IMG/VR virus record: IMGVR_UViG_3300017821_000056
Location: 1-64,000 of that record
Direction: 5' to 3' (one strand)
Origin: a virus
Lineage: Duplodnaviria > Caudoviricetes
Length of the DNA: 64,000 nt
Shown here piece by piece: positions 61,874 through 64,000 of this stretch. Positions within the stretch are counted from its first letter, which is position 1. Each line of letters opens with the position of its first letter. The notes under the pieces were generated by a model. That model was not told the DNA's origin. It was given only the letters and a program-made list of their open reading frames with translations, and searched no databases. The position numbers and the translations under genes were made by a program.

Positions 61874-62545
61874 GTGAGTCCCATAACGCTCTACGCACGC
61901 GGTGATCTCCTCGCCGTCAGTGCCGTCCCCGGCTGCGAAGCGGGCCACGTGCGCCCCGTAGACGAGCGCACCGGCAAGCCCGTCCCCGTCTGGAGCCTGA
62001 CCTGCGACGCCCACGAGAAGTACTACAGGGGCGACGGGAAGCCGAAGATCCTCAAGTACCAGGTCGACAAGAACACGGGCCGGGTCCTGCGCCAGGAGCG
62101 CGTGGCGGACTCCTCGCCGATGTTCTCCAGCACCCCGGACACCGTGCCGCTCACCCCGGATGAGGAGGCCACGAATGCGATCCGCCAGGAGCGGGGCCGG
62201 ATGCAGATCGAGATGCTCCAGGCTCTCGCGGCGCTCCGCGCGACCGGCATCGAGGTGCCCCCGGAGGCGATGTGGCTGCTGGAGCGGGAGCTTCCCGAGA
62301 AGGTGCTCAAGGGCACCGTGGTGTGCGTCAACGGGCATGACGTCCCGGCGGGGAACCAGTTCTGCGGTTCCTGCGGGGCCTCCATGACCACGCGGGCCGC
62401 AGTGACGGCCGCGCCCGCGCCTGAGCCTGAGATCGACCTGGCCGTCCTGCACCCGCAGAGCCTGAAGAAGCTCCTCCGCGACCGGGGCCTTCCCGACAAG
62501 GGCACCAAGGAGCAGATGATCCGGCGTCTCCGCGAAGCCGCCTAG
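61874..62545 (+). CDS. protein with zinc ribbon and C-terminal SAP-like motif
   Basis: CVNGH...FCGSCG; SLKKLLRDRGLPDKGTKEQMIRRL. Confidence 0.7.
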   Translation: MSPITLYARGDLLAVSAVPGCEAGHVRPVDERTGKPVPVWSLTCDAHEKYYRGDGKPKILKYQVDKNTGRVLRQERVADSSPMFSSTPDTVPLTPDEEATNAIRQERGRMQIEMLQALAALRATGIEVPPEAMWLLERELPEKVLKGTVVCVNGHDVPAGNQFCGSCGASMTTRAAVTAAPAPEPEIDLAVLHPQSLKKLLRDRGLPDKGTKEQMIRRLREAA

Positions 62546-62551
62546 GAGCCT

Positions 62552-62743
62552 GTGAGCCGGGGCGCCGGGCTGTGCAAGCGCTGCGGGGGCCCTAAGCGGG
62601 GCCGGAGCGGGCGGGTGGCGTGGCCGGTCGCCCAGTGCTCCCAGTGCGGTGATGAGGTCTGCGCCCGGCATTGCATCTGGGACACCGACCGGTACCTGTG
62701 CACCAAGTGCGCCAAGGCGGCAGGGATCAAGCCTCCGCCGTGA
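62552..62743 (+). CDS. small zinc-finger protein
   Basis: CKRC, CSQC..CARH, CTKC; RBS AGGAG. Confidence 0.55.
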   Translation: MSRGAGLCKRCGGPKRGRSGRVAWPVAQCSQCGDEVCARHCIWDTDRYLCTKCAKAAGIKPPP

Positions 62744-62912
62744 CGGGGAAAGGTGCGCCCCGTTCACCAGCTGTTGTAGAAGCGGATCGTCTTGACCTGC
62801 GGGGGGATGGCACGGTCACTCCTGCCGCCTTGCAGGCATTCCAGACTGCCCACATGTCCTGCCATCTTTCATCCGGGGGGACGAACCCGATGACGTGCGT
62901 GGACATGCTCAC
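62727..62912 (-). CDS. hypothetical protein (possibly truncated)
   Basis: MSTHVIGFVPPDERWQ...ACKAAGV; GTGA coupling. Confidence 0.5.
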   Translation of the reverse strand: MSMSTHVIGFVPPDERWQDMWAVWNACKAAGVTVPSPRRSRRSASTTAGERGAPFPVTAEA

Positions 62913-63103
62913 GACTGCTCCTTCCCGATCCGGTCGACAGTGGTACGCGCCAGCCCTGTGGACTGGTGGATCTCCTCGATGCTGATGTCCGCCTCAAGGG
63001 CGGCCCGCACTAGCGAGTCACGCTCGGCCTCAAGGCCACGGCGGCGGCGGCCCCAGGAACGGAGCGCGGCCCGCAAGATGGCTGGCTGGTCGGTTGCTTC
63101 CAT
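62909..63103 (-). CDS. small HTH protein
   Basis: RDSLVRAALEADISIEEIHQSTGLARTTVDRI. Confidence 0.65.
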   Translation of the reverse strand: MEATDQPAILRAALRSWGRRRRGLEAERDSLVRAALEADISIEEIHQSTGLARTTVDRIGKEQS

Positions 63104-63150
63104 GCAGTAGAGCATACAGCATACGATGCACGGTGCGCTATACTTGAGGC

Positions 63151-64000
63151 ATGAAGACGTGCCTGCTGTGCGCGGAACCGGCCTACGGTCGCGGCTGGTG
63201 CAAGAAGCACTACATGAACTGGTACCGGCACGGAGACCCGGCCTTCGTCACGCCCGAGCGCACCCGTGCGACCTGCACCGAATGCGGAGATCCAGCGATC
63301 GGACGCGGACTGTGCCGCAAGCATTACCTCCGCTGGTACAAGCACGGCGACCCGTCCGTAGTGCTGGACCGCCACCGCAAGCGCGGTCCTGAGACATGCA
63401 GCGAATGCGAACGCCCTGCCGTGTCCTTCGGCTACTGCACCAAGCACTACCGCCGCTTCAAGGTCCACGGCGACCCGTCTGTAGTGGGCAAGGCCGGCAA
63501 CAACGGCAGCCAGCGGAAGTACTCGGTGAACCACGACTACTTTCGGGAGATCGACACCCCCGAGAAGGCTTACTGGCTGGGGTTCATCACCGCTAATGGC
63601 AGCGTGAACGAAGGCCCGAAAAGCTACTGCCTCACGCTGGAACTGAAAAGATCCGACGCAGGCCACCTGCTCAAGTTCGCGGAAGCCATCGGGTCGGACG
63701 CTCCGGTCAGGGAGACCGGCCAGAACTGCTCGGCCACACGGATCCACTCCTGGAGGCTCGTTGAGAGCCTCGTCAGCCTGGGCGTGACCGCGCGCAAGAG
63801 CCTCGTTGTCGAGCCGCCGCTGGCGAGGCTGGCCGGGCTGGAGCGCTACTACTGGCGCGGCCTGTGGGACGGCGACGGCTACATCTCTGATAGGGCCGCG
63901 CGTTCCCGATGGCATATCGGCATCGTAGGCAGCCTCGCCTGCGCAGAGGGATTCGCCGCATGGGCGCGCGCCGCATGCGGCAGCTCAGCCAAGCTCTATA
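63151..64000 (+). CDS. zinc-finger-repeat LAGLIDADG endonuclease (runs off window; not in ORF track)
   Basis: 3x CxxC...CxKHY....HGDP; FREIDTPEKAYWLGFITANG; YWRGLWDGDG; TATACT 6 nt upstream. Confidence 0.85.
   Translation, partial: MKTCLLCAEPAYGRGWCKKHYMNWYRHGDPAFVTPERTRATCTECGDPAIGRGLCRKHYLRWYKHGDPSVVLDRHRKRGPETCSECERPAVSFGYCTKHYRRFKVHGDPSVVGKAGNNGSQRKYSVNHDYFREIDTPEKAYWLGFITANGSVNEGPKSYCLTLELKRSDAGHLLKFAEAIGSDAPVRETGQNCSATRIHSWRLVESLVSLGVTARKSLVVEPPLARLAGLERYYWRGLWDGDGYISDRAARSRWHIGIVGSLACAEGFAAWARAACGSSAKLY

Larger units (their letters stand above)
1..64000. mobile_element. Actinobacteriophage/prophage (possible plasmid-phage), partial; ends not visible
   Basis: Terminase, portal, protease and capsid genes plus dense small phage-type ORFs; no host housekeeping operons. 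Confidence 0.9.

Noticed and set aside
1-64000. Stop-codon reassignment to explain the read-throughs
   Set aside because: TGA, TAG and TAA all end well-supported genes; read-throughs lack stops rather than contain them

Overview
High-GC DNA that reads throughout as one actinobacteriophage or prophage/plasmid-phage of a filamentous actinomycete. Host markers are mIHF, a BldC-like protein, DUF397, DUF6221-like genes and an actinobacterial SAM methyltransferase. Layout: (1) 1-12.4 kb, small accessory and regulatory genes, including an unannotated 41-aa secreted peptide divergent from a chorismate-lyase/UTRA-fold gene; (2) 12.4-22 kb, a rightward conjugation-type operon (GntR regulator, BldC-like protein, VirD4/TraD-like coupling protein, FtsK/TraB-like ATPase with an Ala-start class-3-type intein, mIHF, SpdB-like membrane protein); (3) 22-27.5 kb, small genes, a probable late regulator and a probable terminase small subunit; (4) 27.5-34.8 kb, a leftward block with three near-identical promoters, structured intergenic hairpins, an adenine methyltransferase fusion and a DUF3631-like ATPase; (5) 35-64 kb, terminase large subunit, a 1521-aa portal-MuF-NUDIX-ParB-like polyprotein, prohead protease/scaffold, major capsid protein, a five-gene nucleotide-sugar/C-methyltransferase/glycosyltransferase cassette among virion genes, and a truncated zinc-finger-LAGLIDADG endonuclease. 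I recognised no integrase, tail, lysis, rRNA, complete tRNA or CRISPR features. All family calls come from motif recognition by eye, not database searches.
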